This document shows, piece by piece, positions 34,819-44,263 of a DNA stretch of 50,298 bases; position 1 is the stretch's first letter; each line of letters starts with the position of its first letter. The position numbers and the translations under genes were made by a program. The DNA is from an uncultured bacterium. GTDB taxonomy: Bacteria > Hinthialibacterota > Hinthialibacteria > OLB16. The notes below the pieces were generated by a model. That model worked only from the letters and a program-made list of their open reading frames with translations. It made no database searches and was not told where the DNA came from. The DNA is taken from assembly GCA_964581845.1 (NCBI GenBank), contig CAZORO010000002.1:1-50298 (forward strand), written 5' to 3'.

Positions 34819-35847
34819 TTGTCTTTTAGAATATGTCTAATTGGGGCGGGACGTGCTGGCCTTATACATGCTGAAAATGTCTCCAGGAACATCCAGGGGG
34901 CGGAGCTTCATGCGGTTTGTGATGCGGATTCCATGACCTTGAAACGCGCCGCTGATGAATATTCCGCTCCTTTACGGTTTACTGATTTCAAGGAAGCCTG
35001 CGCAAGTCCAGAGATCGATGCCGTGATTATTGTAACCCCCACGCATCTACACCGGAGGATTGCATGCGAGGCTGCTTCTCAAGGGAAGCATATTTTCCTG
35101 GAGAAACCCATGGCGATCACGGTGGATGAATGCCTTGAGATCAATGAAGCCGTGGAAAACGCGGATGTTAAACTACAAATTGGATTCATGCGCCGTTTTG
35201 ACCGCTTTTTCATGCGCGCTAAGGAGATTCTCGATTCGGGTGAACTTGGACGCATCATGGTGATCAGATCGACGGGACGCGGCCCGGGGCTTCCACCCCC
35301 ATGGATTTACGATATAGCCAAGAGTAATGGTATCCTGGCGGAAGTAAACAGTCATGATTTCGATTCGGTCCGTTGGCTGGCGGGTAGCGACATCGTGCGA
35401 GTTTATGCGGAGGCCGGTAATTTCAAGTGCCAGGATGCGGCCGCTGAGTGGCCGGATTTCTATGATAATGCAGTGGTATCACTCCGCTTTGAAAATGGAA
35501 CGATCGGAACCATCGATGGTACCTGCCCCTGCGGTTATGGCTATGACGCGCGCGTGGAGCTCCTCTGCGAGAAGGGGGTTCTCTTCATTGGAAATACCGC
35601 CGAGAAAGGCTTAACCGAAGTTCGTATCGACGGCAAGGTGGAGGAACGCGCGGTGAGAAGCTGGCGTGATCTTTTCAAAAGCGCATATCTTGATGAAATG
35701 AAACACTTCATCAGCTCCGTCAAGGAGAATTCCACCCCACGCGTGACTGGAATGGATGGCCTTAAGGCGGTTCAAGCAGTGGTTGCCGCGAACCGTTCTA
35801 TTCTATCAGGCACCCCTGTCTTGCCGATGGAGATGGCACACGTATGA
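34819..35847 (+). CDS. Gfo/Idh/MocA-family NAD(P)-dependent oxidoreductase (inositol/sugar dehydrogenase-like)
   Basis: Rossmann start FRICLIGAGRAG and a canonical GKHIFLEKP motif. The TTG at 34819 has GGAGGA 5 nt upstream. The GTG at 34780 (the ORF track start) is the alternative. The stop overlaps the next start as ATGA. Confidence 0.85.
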   Translation: MSFRICLIGAGRAGLIHAENVSRNIQGAELHAVCDADSMTLKRAADEYSAPLRFTDFKEACASPEIDAVIIVTPTHLHRRIACEAASQGKHIFLEKPMAITVDECLEINEAVENADVKLQIGFMRRFDRFFMRAKEILDSGELGRIMVIRSTGRGPGLPPPWIYDIAKSNGILAEVNSHDFDSVRWLAGSDIVRVYAEAGNFKCQDAAAEWPDFYDNAVVSLRFENGTIGTIDGTCPCGYGYDARVELLCEKGVLFIGNTAEKGLTEVRIDGKVEERAVRSWRDLFKSAYLDEMKHFISSVKENSTPRVTGMDGLKAVQAVVAANRSILSGTPVLPMEMAHV

Positions 35848-36893
35848 TCGCCGCCTCCTACACACAAGGATCTGGATTTGCGGTACGCGATGTCCCCATC
35901 CCGGCCATTTCTGAAGACGAAATCCTGTTGCGTATCCATGCTGCATCAATTTGTGGGACCGATCTCCGGATCGTCAGGAATGGGCACAGGAAACTGAAGG
36001 CTGGCCAAACTATTACTCTGGGTCACGAGTTTTCTGGGACCATTGAAAGGATCGGATCCCGGGTTGGCCGCTTCCATGTGGGACAACGTGTGGGAATCGC
36101 CCCTAATGTTGGGTGTGGCCAGTGTGGAATGTGTATTCGGGGGTTCACCAATATGTGCCCCGACTACACGGCGTTTGGCATCACATTCGATGGAGCACAC
36201 ACAGAGTTTGTCAGGATTCCAGCCGCCGTCATTTATCAAGGAAGCATTGTTTCACTTCCGGACACAATCTCATTCCGCGAGGCGGCTTTAATCGAACCTC
36301 TCTCGTGTGTCATTAATGGAGTCCGGGCGAGCAGGGTCGAAATCGGCGATTATGTAGTGGTTTATGGAGCGGGTCCCATTGGGCTGATGCATTTACTGGT
36401 GACCCTTCGTTCTGGAGTGGCCAAGGTGATTGTGGTCGATCCAGTAGAGTCAAGGCTTGAGGCCGCCAAACGGCTGGGCGCCAATGTGACGATCAATCCA
36501 GGAAATGAAAAAACGAAAGACCGTGTCCTTTCCCTTACCCATGGAAATGGAGCGGATGTTGTCATCACCGCCTGTTCTGTTGCATCTGTGCAGGAAGAGG
36601 CATTTCAGATACTTGCTCCCTATGGCCGCTTATGTCTGTTTGGCGGCCTTCCCAGTGATAAATCCACCATTCAAGCAAATTCAAACTTGATCCACTACAA
36701 AAACCTTTTGGTGACTGGTGTCACGGGGGGTCCGCCCGTCGACTTCCGGCGGGCCTTACGTCTTATGGAAGATAAGGCAATTGATGTTACTAGGATTACC
36801 TCGCATGTCTTCCAACTTGGTGATATTGGAAGAGCATACGAGACAGCGCTTAAAGGTGACTGTCTCAAGGTTGTGATTGTAAATGAGAATTAA
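35844..36893 (+). CDS. Zinc-dependent medium-chain alcohol/polyol dehydrogenase (sorbitol/threonine dehydrogenase-like)
   Basis: Motifs ICGTDL, GHEFSGTIERIG, CGQCGMCIRGFTNMC (structural zinc Cys cluster) and VVYGAGPIGL. Confidence 0.9.
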   Translation: MIAASYTQGSGFAVRDVPIPAISEDEILLRIHAASICGTDLRIVRNGHRKLKAGQTITLGHEFSGTIERIGSRVGRFHVGQRVGIAPNVGCGQCGMCIRGFTNMCPDYTAFGITFDGAHTEFVRIPAAVIYQGSIVSLPDTISFREAALIEPLSCVINGVRASRVEIGDYVVVYGAGPIGLMHLLVTLRSGVAKVIVVDPVESRLEAAKRLGANVTINPGNEKTKDRVLSLTHGNGADVVITACSVASVQEEAFQILAPYGRLCLFGGLPSDKSTIQANSNLIHYKNLLVTGVTGGPPVDFRRALRLMEDKAIDVTRITSHVFQLGDIGRAYETALKGDCLKVVIVNEN

Positions 36894-36905
36894 GGAAAGA
36901 TTCAG

Positions 36906-38447
36906 ATGGCGGGACTGCTCGTTGGAGTTGATATAGGAACTCAAGGTGTGAAGGGAGTTCTATTCAGCGGTGAGGGCCGGAGTCTTGCATCTTCTTTTCT
37001 TCCCTCGAACCTTTATCGTCCAGATTCTCTTACCGTTGAGGAGGATCCTGAGTTTCAGTTTGAATCCGCTTGCCGAGTGATTAAAAGCTGCATTTCTAAC
37101 TCGGGTGTGAATAAAAACGATATTGCCGCTGTTGGATTTGATGGACAAATGGCTGGAGTTATAGGACTCGGACGGGATGGCAAGCATGTAACACCTTACG
37201 ATTCGTGGTTGGATATGCGCTGCGCTCCCTATATCGAGAGGATGAACAGCCAAGCGGGAGACAAGATCCTGGCGAAAACAGGATGTGCCCCCAGCTTCAA
37301 CCATGGTCCGAAGATTCTGCGATGGAAGCAGGAATACCGCTCGATATACAAAAAGATTTTCTCCTTTGTTCAGCCAGGGTCATACATGGCGATGCGTTTA
37401 TGCGGTCTCAATGGGGTGGATGCATTTATCGATTCGACATATCTTCACTTTTCCGGATTTGCTAATAATCCCGATTGCTGCTGGGACAATGATTTATGTT
37501 CAGAATTTTCCATTGATGGAACCAGATTGCCCAGGATTGTTCCACCTTATACCGTCGTTGGTGAGGTTATTGGCGATGTAGCGCGTAAATGTGGATTGTC
37601 AGTTGGAACCCCAGTTATTGCGGGGTGTGGAGATACAGCCGCATCGTTTCTGGCCTGTGGTGCGATCCGCGAGGGCGTGTGTGTCGATGTCGCTGGAACC
37701 GCTTCCGTATTCGCCTCCACGACTACCTCATTTTGTCCCGATCAACGGAATCGTGTTCTCGCTTGTGGACGTGCGGCGGCACCTGGCCTCTGGCATCCCT
37801 ATGCGTATATCAATGGAGGTGGGATGAATCTGGAATGGTTCAGGAAGGAATTGGCGCGGTCGAAAAACGTTGCCCGGAAGACCGGGATTTCATTCGAGGA
37901 ATTGAACCAGGATGCCGCATCCTTGCCACTTTCCGAAGATGCCCCTTTGTTTATTCCACATCTCGGTGGAAGGGTGTGCCCAAGCCAGCCAAATCTTCGT
38001 GGAGCTTGGGTTGACCTGAATTGGTCGCATACAGGTGCGCACCTTTATCGGGCCGCGCTCGAAGGTGTCGCTCTTGAATATGGAATTTATAGGAACATCC
38101 TTTTGGAACTCTATCCAGATCTGAAATTACGCGAATTACGTATCACTGGTGGTGGTGAGAAGAGTGAACTCTGGAATCAGATGAAAGCGGACATTTTGAA
38201 TGCTCCCGTGGTTCAAATAAAGCGGTCGGAGGGGGCTCCCATGGGAGCCGCGCTCCTGGCTGGCTATGGGGTGGGCCTTTACAAAGACCTATCGAAAGCT
38301 GCAACGCTGTGGGTTGAAAAAGGGGATTCCCACAGTCCCAAAAAATCCAATCGAAAATATTATAGAGATAGGCTTATTAAGTATCAGGCTTTGCTGACAA
38401 TATTATCTGAATACGGCGATCGGTTCCGCCTTGATGAGTCATCATGA
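36906..38447 (+). CDS. FGGY-family carbohydrate kinase
   Basis: N-terminal LVGVDIGTQGVKGVLF, followed by GCGDTAAS and ITGGGEKSELWNQ motifs typical of xylulokinase/glycerol kinase-type sugar kinases. Confidence 0.9.
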   Translation: MAGLLVGVDIGTQGVKGVLFSGEGRSLASSFLPSNLYRPDSLTVEEDPEFQFESACRVIKSCISNSGVNKNDIAAVGFDGQMAGVIGLGRDGKHVTPYDSWLDMRCAPYIERMNSQAGDKILAKTGCAPSFNHGPKILRWKQEYRSIYKKIFSFVQPGSYMAMRLCGLNGVDAFIDSTYLHFSGFANNPDCCWDNDLCSEFSIDGTRLPRIVPPYTVVGEVIGDVARKCGLSVGTPVIAGCGDTAASFLACGAIREGVCVDVAGTASVFASTTTSFCPDQRNRVLACGRAAAPGLWHPYAYINGGGMNLEWFRKELARSKNVARKTGISFEELNQDAASLPLSEDAPLFIPHLGGRVCPSQPNLRGAWVDLNWSHTGAHLYRAALEGVALEYGIYRNILLELYPDLKLRELRITGGGEKSELWNQMKADILNAPVVQIKRSEGAPMGAALLAGYGVGLYKDLSKAATLWVEKGDSHSPKKSNRKYYRDRLIKYQALLTILSEYGDRFRLDESS

Positions 38448-39400
38448 ACATTGACGCTCAACTACATAAGGCCAGAGTCCCCACATTCTACTTCATTGGA
38501 GTCACGACTGGAAAGTCCTCCATCATGAAGGTCTTTCCAGAATGGGCACGGTTGCTTGGTTTGGGAGACTGCCCAATCAGGGGGATCGACTGTAAACAGC
38601 ATGATGATCCCATGGTTTACCGTAAAGTGGTTCAATTTCTGAAGAATGACCGGCTTTCCCTGGGTGGCTTGGTGACAACTCACAAGATCGACCTTTTCCG
38701 TGCCTGCCGCGATCTCTTCGAAAAAGTGGATCGTTACGCTGATATCCTTGGAGAGGCGAGCAGCATTTCCAAGGAAAATGGATCTCTGGTGGCGCATGCC
38801 AAGGATCCCATTACCAGTGGGCTTTCACTTGAGGCCATTGTTCCTCCGCGGTATTGGAGGGAGACGGGAGCGGAGCTTCTTTTGCTGGGCGCGGGGGGCT
38901 CATCACTTGCCTTGACCATGTACCTCATGGAAAAGAACGGTCAGGAAACATGGCCTAGTCGAATTGTTGTTACAAATCGATCCAATCCGCGCCTGGAGGA
39001 CATGATGAGAATTCACTCCAGGCTCAATCCTGGAATTCCTATCGAATACATTCATTGTCCATCGCCAGAGGACAACGATCGCGTGCTGGCGGGGATGGCT
39101 CCATACTCCGTGATCGTCAATGCTACGGGACTTGGAAAGGATGCACCGGGTTCCCCATTATCGGGAAATGTGGTTTTCCCGGAACATGCCATTGCATGGG
39201 ATTTCAATTACCGTGGTGATCTCGTCTTCCTCGAACAGGCTCGTGACCAACAAAAGAAACGAGATCTTCGAATTGAGGATGGCTGGATTTATTTTCTGCA
39301 TGGCTGGACACGGGTGATAGCCGAGGTATTCCATATTGATATCCCCACCTCGGGACCACGCTTTGAGGAGTTAAGCCGGGCCGCAGCGTCGGTACGCTAA
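38444..39400 (+). CDS. Shikimate/quinate dehydrogenase-family (AroE-like) protein
   Basis: The start overlaps the previous stop as ATGA. Motifs FIGVTTGKSSI, LLLGAGGSSLAL and VNATGLGKD fit the AroE-like fold. The substrate is unknown. Confidence 0.7.
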   Translation: MNIDAQLHKARVPTFYFIGVTTGKSSIMKVFPEWARLLGLGDCPIRGIDCKQHDDPMVYRKVVQFLKNDRLSLGGLVTTHKIDLFRACRDLFEKVDRYADILGEASSISKENGSLVAHAKDPITSGLSLEAIVPPRYWRETGAELLLLGAGGSSLALTMYLMEKNGQETWPSRIVVTNRSNPRLEDMMRIHSRLNPGIPIEYIHCPSPEDNDRVLAGMAPYSVIVNATGLGKDAPGSPLSGNVVFPEHAIAWDFNYRGDLVFLEQARDQQKKRDLRIEDGWIYFLHGWTRVIAEVFHIDIPTSGPRFEELSRAAASVR

Positions 39401-39425
39401 TATTATATAAGGACAGGCAACAAGA

Positions 39426-40007
39426 ATGATAGACCAATCCACCCTTGTAAGAACTTACTTCCCCCCCTTCGCCGTGGAATTTGATCTTGAAGCGGGGGTA
39501 ATGAAGGATCCAGCGCGCCATAAAATTACATGGACCTCCGCGATGAGAGGCTATTATTATGATGAAGAAGCCTTGGAAAAGCTCATCGATAAACACGGCG
39601 ATGTGATTCACTACGAGGTTTTCGAGAAGGATGTTCCAGAAGAATATGGTCATGTCCTTTTTTGTATCAGTAAACTACAACCGGGCCTTGTTGGAGAAGA
39701 GTGCTTCATGACCAAGGGGCATTATCATACGATTCTTGAAACGGGTGAGTTGTATTTGTGCCTGTCTGGCAAGGGCTTCATGATGATGAAAACGACTGAT
39801 GGAGATTGTGTGTGGGAACGATTTGAGCGTGGGCGGATGGTTTATGTCCCCCCTTGTTGGGCGCATCGTTCTATAAACACAGGAAAAACACCGCTCATAT
39901 CCTTTTGCGCTTATCAGGCGGATGCGGGTCATAATTATGGCGATATCGCCACTGAAGGATTTCCAAACCGTGTCTTTATCCGTAACGGAAAAGTAGTCGT
40001 CGAATAA
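39426..40007 (+). CDS. Cupin-type sugar-phosphate isomerase (glucose-6-phosphate isomerase, archaeal/cupin family-like)
   Basis: The cupin metal motif TKGHYHTILETGELYLCLSGKG....VYVPPCWAHRSINTG resembles the cupin PGI family. Confidence 0.65.
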   Translation: MIDQSTLVRTYFPPFAVEFDLEAGVMKDPARHKITWTSAMRGYYYDEEALEKLIDKHGDVIHYEVFEKDVPEEYGHVLFCISKLQPGLVGEECFMTKGHYHTILETGELYLCLSGKGFMMMKTTDGDCVWERFERGRMVYVPPCWAHRSINTGKTPLISFCAYQADAGHNYGDIATEGFPNRVFIRNGKVVVE

Positions 40008-40029
40008 TAGAGTTATTTAATCAGAAGAA

Positions 40030-40965
40030 ATGAAGTCTCGGATACTTGTTACACCCAGATCTCTCACACGAGATGGCCATTCCGCCCTGGAGAAACTTGA
40101 AAATGAGGGTTATGATGTGGTCCGGGCGGCTGCCGGTAAGCAACCAAGCGAGGATGAGCTGGTTGGCCTGGTGAAAGATTGCGTGGGTTATCTGGCTGGC
40201 GTGGAGCCAGTTAGCGCCACTGTAATCGAAGCCGCTACGGCATTACGAGTCATTAGCCGCAATGGAACTGGTATGGACAACATCGATCTGGCTGCTGCAG
40301 ATCGAGCGGGTATACGGATATGCCGTGCGGTGGGGGCTAACGCGCGGGGAGTAGCGGAGCTCACAATCGGCCTTCTACTAGCCCTCGCGCGCTCCATCCC
40401 TTATACCGATCACTGCTTGAAAAAGGGTCTTTGGGAGCGCCGGATGGGTTTTGAACTGCAGGGCAAAAATCTTGGACTTATTGGATGTGGGAAAATTGGC
40501 AGCCTGGTGGCGAGGATAGCAATTGCGCTTGACATGACCGTGATCGCCTATGACCCTTACCCGGTTGAATCTGAAGAAGAAAATAATCGGCCACGCCATA
40601 CTGGATTGGATGAAGTATTACGTACCTCGGATGTGATTAGTTTACACTGTCCCTCGCAACCCGGGAAAAAAGCGCTCATTGATTCATCGACTCTCTCTCA
40701 AATGAAGGCTGGCGTTTATCTGATCAATACAGCGCGAGCTGACCTTTTCAATCAAAAGGATGTTTTTGCTGGTCTTGAATCAGGACAAATCGCGGGTCTA
40801 GCTGTGGATGTGTTTGAAACGGAACCACCCATTGACGAGATGCTTGTTGCACATGATAAAGTCATAGCAACATCCCATATAGGGGGTTATACCACCGAGA
40901 GTGTCGACAGGGCAACCAATGAGGCCGTTGATAATCTGCTGGCTGCCTTGGCGGTTGTTTCTTGA
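40030..40965 (+). CDS. D-isomer-specific 2-hydroxyacid dehydrogenase (phosphoglycerate dehydrogenase-like)
   Basis: Motifs GLIGCGKIGSLVA (GxGxxG), NTARADL and ATSHIGGYT (catalytic His region). Confidence 0.9.
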   Translation: MKSRILVTPRSLTRDGHSALEKLENEGYDVVRAAAGKQPSEDELVGLVKDCVGYLAGVEPVSATVIEAATALRVISRNGTGMDNIDLAAADRAGIRICRAVGANARGVAELTIGLLLALARSIPYTDHCLKKGLWERRMGFELQGKNLGLIGCGKIGSLVARIAIALDMTVIAYDPYPVESEEENNRPRHTGLDEVLRTSDVISLHCPSQPGKKALIDSSTLSQMKAGVYLINTARADLFNQKDVFAGLESGQIAGLAVDVFETEPPIDEMLVAHDKVIATSHIGGYTTESVDRATNEAVDNLLAALAVVS

Positions 40966-40992
40966 AGTAGAATTTACAGCCGGTTTTAGACC

Positions 40993-41889
40993 ATGTCCTC
41001 CAATCAGGCGAAAATTACTGTCGCAGCATCTCCACGGGACGTGTTTGTTTCTGAAGACACCTGTGCTCGGTGTCTGCACATATGGTGGTTGGGGCAGGCT
41101 GGTTTTGCACTTCTGGTCAATGGGACTCGTATTCTTATTGATCCCTACCTCTCGGATTCACTCGCGTTTAAATATGCTGGGACTGACCTTCCTCACCTTA
41201 GAATGATGGCCCCGCCAATTCAGCCAGAGAAATTGGAACGAATCGATTTTGTTCTTTGTACTCACCACCATACCGATCACATGGATCCAGGAACTCTTCC
41301 GGCCATCTTCCATAATAATCCTCAATGCCGCTTCATTGTGCCTCGAGCCTCAATGGGACATGCCAATGCTCATGGACTTCTAAAGTCAGCAAAATGCCCA
41401 ATGAATGCGGGGGATTTCGAGAAACTCAATGAGACAGTCTCCGTGAAGGTGATCCCCTCCGCGCATGAGTCACTCATCGTCGATGAAGATGGATATCATT
41501 ATTATCTTGGTTACATTCTCATAACTCCCAATATGAAACTGTATCATTCAGGTGATTGTGTACCCTATGATGGATTGAAGGAAACACTTTTCAATGAATC
41601 CATTGATATAGCCCTACTTCCTGTAAATGGTAGAGATGAGTATCGTTCGAGCAAGGGTATACCTGGCAACTTTACCGTGCAAGAAGCCATCGGTTTGTGC
41701 AAGGAATCGGGGATTCATACCCTCATTCCTCATCACTTTGGTATGTTTGACTTCAATACGGTTCGTATGGATTTCCTGAAGAATGCCGCTGAAAAAGTAA
41801 AGAGTGAGATGCGCTTCATTATACCGGAAATTAATGTAATGTATACATTTGGTGACTCGTGTCAAAGTGTTGAAAGGAGAGCCCCATGA
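40993..41889 (+). CDS. MBL-fold metallo-hydrolase (UlaG/COG2220-like, possible lactonase)
   Basis: WWLGQAGFALLVNGTRILIDPY and the CTHHHTDHMD metal-binding motif. Confidence 0.85.
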   Translation: MSSNQAKITVAASPRDVFVSEDTCARCLHIWWLGQAGFALLVNGTRILIDPYLSDSLAFKYAGTDLPHLRMMAPPIQPEKLERIDFVLCTHHHTDHMDPGTLPAIFHNNPQCRFIVPRASMGHANAHGLLKSAKCPMNAGDFEKLNETVSVKVIPSAHESLIVDEDGYHYYLGYILITPNMKLYHSGDCVPYDGLKETLFNESIDIALLPVNGRDEYRSSKGIPGNFTVQEAIGLCKESGIHTLIPHHFGMFDFNTVRMDFLKNAAEKVKSEMRFIIPEINVMYTFGDSCQSVERRAP

Positions 41890-42755
41890 ACAAGATTGGA
41901 ATCTACTATGCATACTGGACACATGATTGGGATGCGGATTTCGTTCCATTTGTATCGAAAGTGAAAAATCTTGGATTCGACATTCTGGAGGTGAACGCGG
42001 GAACAGTCGCGAATTATTCACAAATTGAGAGAGACCGCCTCAGGAAGGAAGCCGATAAGGAAGGGATTGAACTCACCTACTGCATAGGAATGACCGCGGA
42101 TTATGATATTGCATCACCTGACTCGGAAAAACGCAAGGCGGGCATTCAGTTTCTGCGTAAGATGGCCGAGGCAATTCATTATATGGGCAATAAACAGCTG
42201 GGTGGAATTATATACAGCTCATGGCCCGGCAAACTCCCTGATGGCGCCAAAAGAGAAGAGTATGTCAACCGGAGCGTGGAATCCATGAAGGAGGCGGTTA
42301 AGGCAGCCGAGGACTATGGTGTCTACTTCAACCTGGAAGTTGTAAATCGTTTCGAGCAGTACATGTTCAATACATGTGCGCAAGCGGTGGAGTATGTAGA
42401 ACGTGTCGGTAGCGATCATTGCAAGGTGATGCTGGATAGCTTTCACATGAATATCGAGGAAGACAGCTTCCGTGAGGCGATCCTGAAAGCGGGAAAACAT
42501 CTTGGCCATTTTCACATTGGTGAAACTAACCGGCGTGCTCCGGGACGAGGAAGGATTCCCTGGGAAGATATTTTCACCGCGCTTAAGGAAATCAAGTATG
42601 CGGGAGCCATTGTGATGGAGCCCTTCTTGATGCAAGGAGGCGAGGTAGGACGAGACATCAGTGTTTTCCGCGATTTACAGGATGGAATGGACCTGGATGA
42701 AGAAGCTCGGCGTGCCTGCGCGTTTGTGCGTTCCATGACGAATGGAAAGGAATGA
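41886..42755 (+). CDS. D-psicose (D-allulose)/D-tagatose 3-epimerase family ketose 3-epimerase
   Basis: Near-collinear similarity to characterised DPEase/DTEase sequences recalled from memory: MNKIGIYYAYWTHDWDADF, LEVVNRFEQYMFNT, MLDSFHMNIEEDSF, LGHFHIGETNRRAPGRGRIPW, AIVMEPF. The start overlaps the previous stop as ATGA. Confidence 0.9.
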   Translation: MNKIGIYYAYWTHDWDADFVPFVSKVKNLGFDILEVNAGTVANYSQIERDRLRKEADKEGIELTYCIGMTADYDIASPDSEKRKAGIQFLRKMAEAIHYMGNKQLGGIIYSSWPGKLPDGAKREEYVNRSVESMKEAVKAAEDYGVYFNLEVVNRFEQYMFNTCAQAVEYVERVGSDHCKVMLDSFHMNIEEDSFREAILKAGKHLGHFHIGETNRRAPGRGRIPWEDIFTALKEIKYAGAIVMEPFLMQGGEVGRDISVFRDLQDGMDLDEEARRACAFVRSMTNGKE

Positions 42756-42818
42756 AGGGATGAGTTTCCATGCCTTCATCCTAACGGAGATGAATGATCG
42801 GGCAGTTGATTGGAAAGG

Positions 42819-44243
42819 ATGAATAACATGCGTAAAACGAAAGTTGGAATTCTTACCTTCTCGGATGGCAGAAAGTATATTCATGAAAGCCTCCTGGACT
42901 TGAACTGGCGTTACCAAAAGAGTCTTGCGGAAGCATTAAGGGCGAGTGGTGAGGTGGATGTTGTCGAGGGAACAGAGATTATCGGCGATCCAAGGGTCGC
43001 GGGAGAGCAGGGGCGCTTAATTGCTCAATCTGGTTGCGATCTGACGATCTGCAACTACGCTATCTGGTGTTATCCGCATTTCACGGCCCTGGCGACTGCA
43101 TTCGCGCCAGGTCCATACCTGATGTTTTGCAATGTCCATCCCTCCGAGCCTGGTATGGTAGGGATGTTGGCGGCCTCGGGCGCGCTTGATCAGCTGGGAA
43201 GGAAGCACCACAGGATCTGGGGGAAGATTGAGAATCCCGATGTTTTGAAAAAAGTACTCTCCTTCATCCGTGCCGCTGGAGCGCTCTCCAAGTTAAAGGG
43301 ACAAACTTACGGACTGTTTGGCGGACGGCCTCTAGGGATGTACACCGCCGTATCCAACCTGGACCAGTGGCAAAAAATGTTCGGTCTCGATATCGAACAT
43401 ATCGAACAACAGGATGTCGTCGAATATTCCAAGAAAGTTGACGTTTCAAAGGTTGAAAAAGCTTTCAAATGGCTTGAAAAACACGTGGGGTCAATCAAGT
43501 ATGATGCGGAAGGATTGACACCGGAGAAGCTCAAACTCCAGATCCGTTCGTACTATGCATACCGGCGGATTATCGAGGAGCGCCGCTTGGATTTTATTGG
43601 CACGAAGGCGCATGGAGACTTGACTGACACATTCGTGACGGTTGACATCGCGGAGGCTTTTCTCAACGATCCCTATGATTGGGATGGCCCCCATGAACCC
43701 ATTGTTGCCGCCACCGAGGCTGACATGGATGCGGCCCTGACCATGCAGATCTTCAAGCATATCACTGGTCAACCAGTGTTATTTTCCGATGTACGGCATT
43801 ACGATGCCGAGGACGAGGTCTGGTATTTCTCGAATTCAGGAACCCATGCAACTTTCTTCGCCGCCGCAAGCTACGACCCCGTGGAGAACCTGAAGCTTGT
43901 AACCTTTTATCCAGAGGCGGGTTATTACCCTGCTGGTGGAGCCTCGGTGCATCATTTCGCCGCTCCGGGCAAGGCCACTTTGGCCCGTCTAGCACGTAAA
44001 GATGGACGTTATTGGATGGCCATCGTTCCTTGTGAATTTGTTCAATTCTCACGTGAAGTCATGCTTCAGAAGGGCTCGGCGGTGACTCCAGAATGGCCCA
44101 TCGCTTTCGCTAAATTGCAGTGTTCTGGAGATGATTTCCTGGCAAGTTTCCCCTGTAACCATATTCATGGCTGTTATGGAGACTGGATTCAAGAATTGTT
44201 GCATGTTGCCAAGATCCTCGACATCGAGGCCAAGGTTTTCTAG
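42819..44243 (+). CDS. L-fucose/L-arabinose isomerase-family protein
   Basis: KVGILTFSDGR..., GLFGGRPLGMYTA and a C-terminal domain typical of the roughly 475-aa FucI-like family. The start is ambiguous (TTG at 42810, ATG at 42819, ATG at 42828). Confidence 0.8.
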   Translation: MNNMRKTKVGILTFSDGRKYIHESLLDLNWRYQKSLAEALRASGEVDVVEGTEIIGDPRVAGEQGRLIAQSGCDLTICNYAIWCYPHFTALATAFAPGPYLMFCNVHPSEPGMVGMLAASGALDQLGRKHHRIWGKIENPDVLKKVLSFIRAAGALSKLKGQTYGLFGGRPLGMYTAVSNLDQWQKMFGLDIEHIEQQDVVEYSKKVDVSKVEKAFKWLEKHVGSIKYDAEGLTPEKLKLQIRSYYAYRRIIEERRLDFIGTKAHGDLTDTFVTVDIAEAFLNDPYDWDGPHEPIVAATEADMDAALTMQIFKHITGQPVLFSDVRHYDAEDEVWYFSNSGTHATFFAAASYDPVENLKLVTFYPEAGYYPAGGASVHHFAAPGKATLARLARKDGRYWMAIVPCEFVQFSREVMLQKGSAVTPEWPIAFAKLQCSGDDFLASFPCNHIHGCYGDWIQELLHVAKILDIEAKVF

Positions 44244-44263
44244 ATAAGGCTGGGTCAATCACC

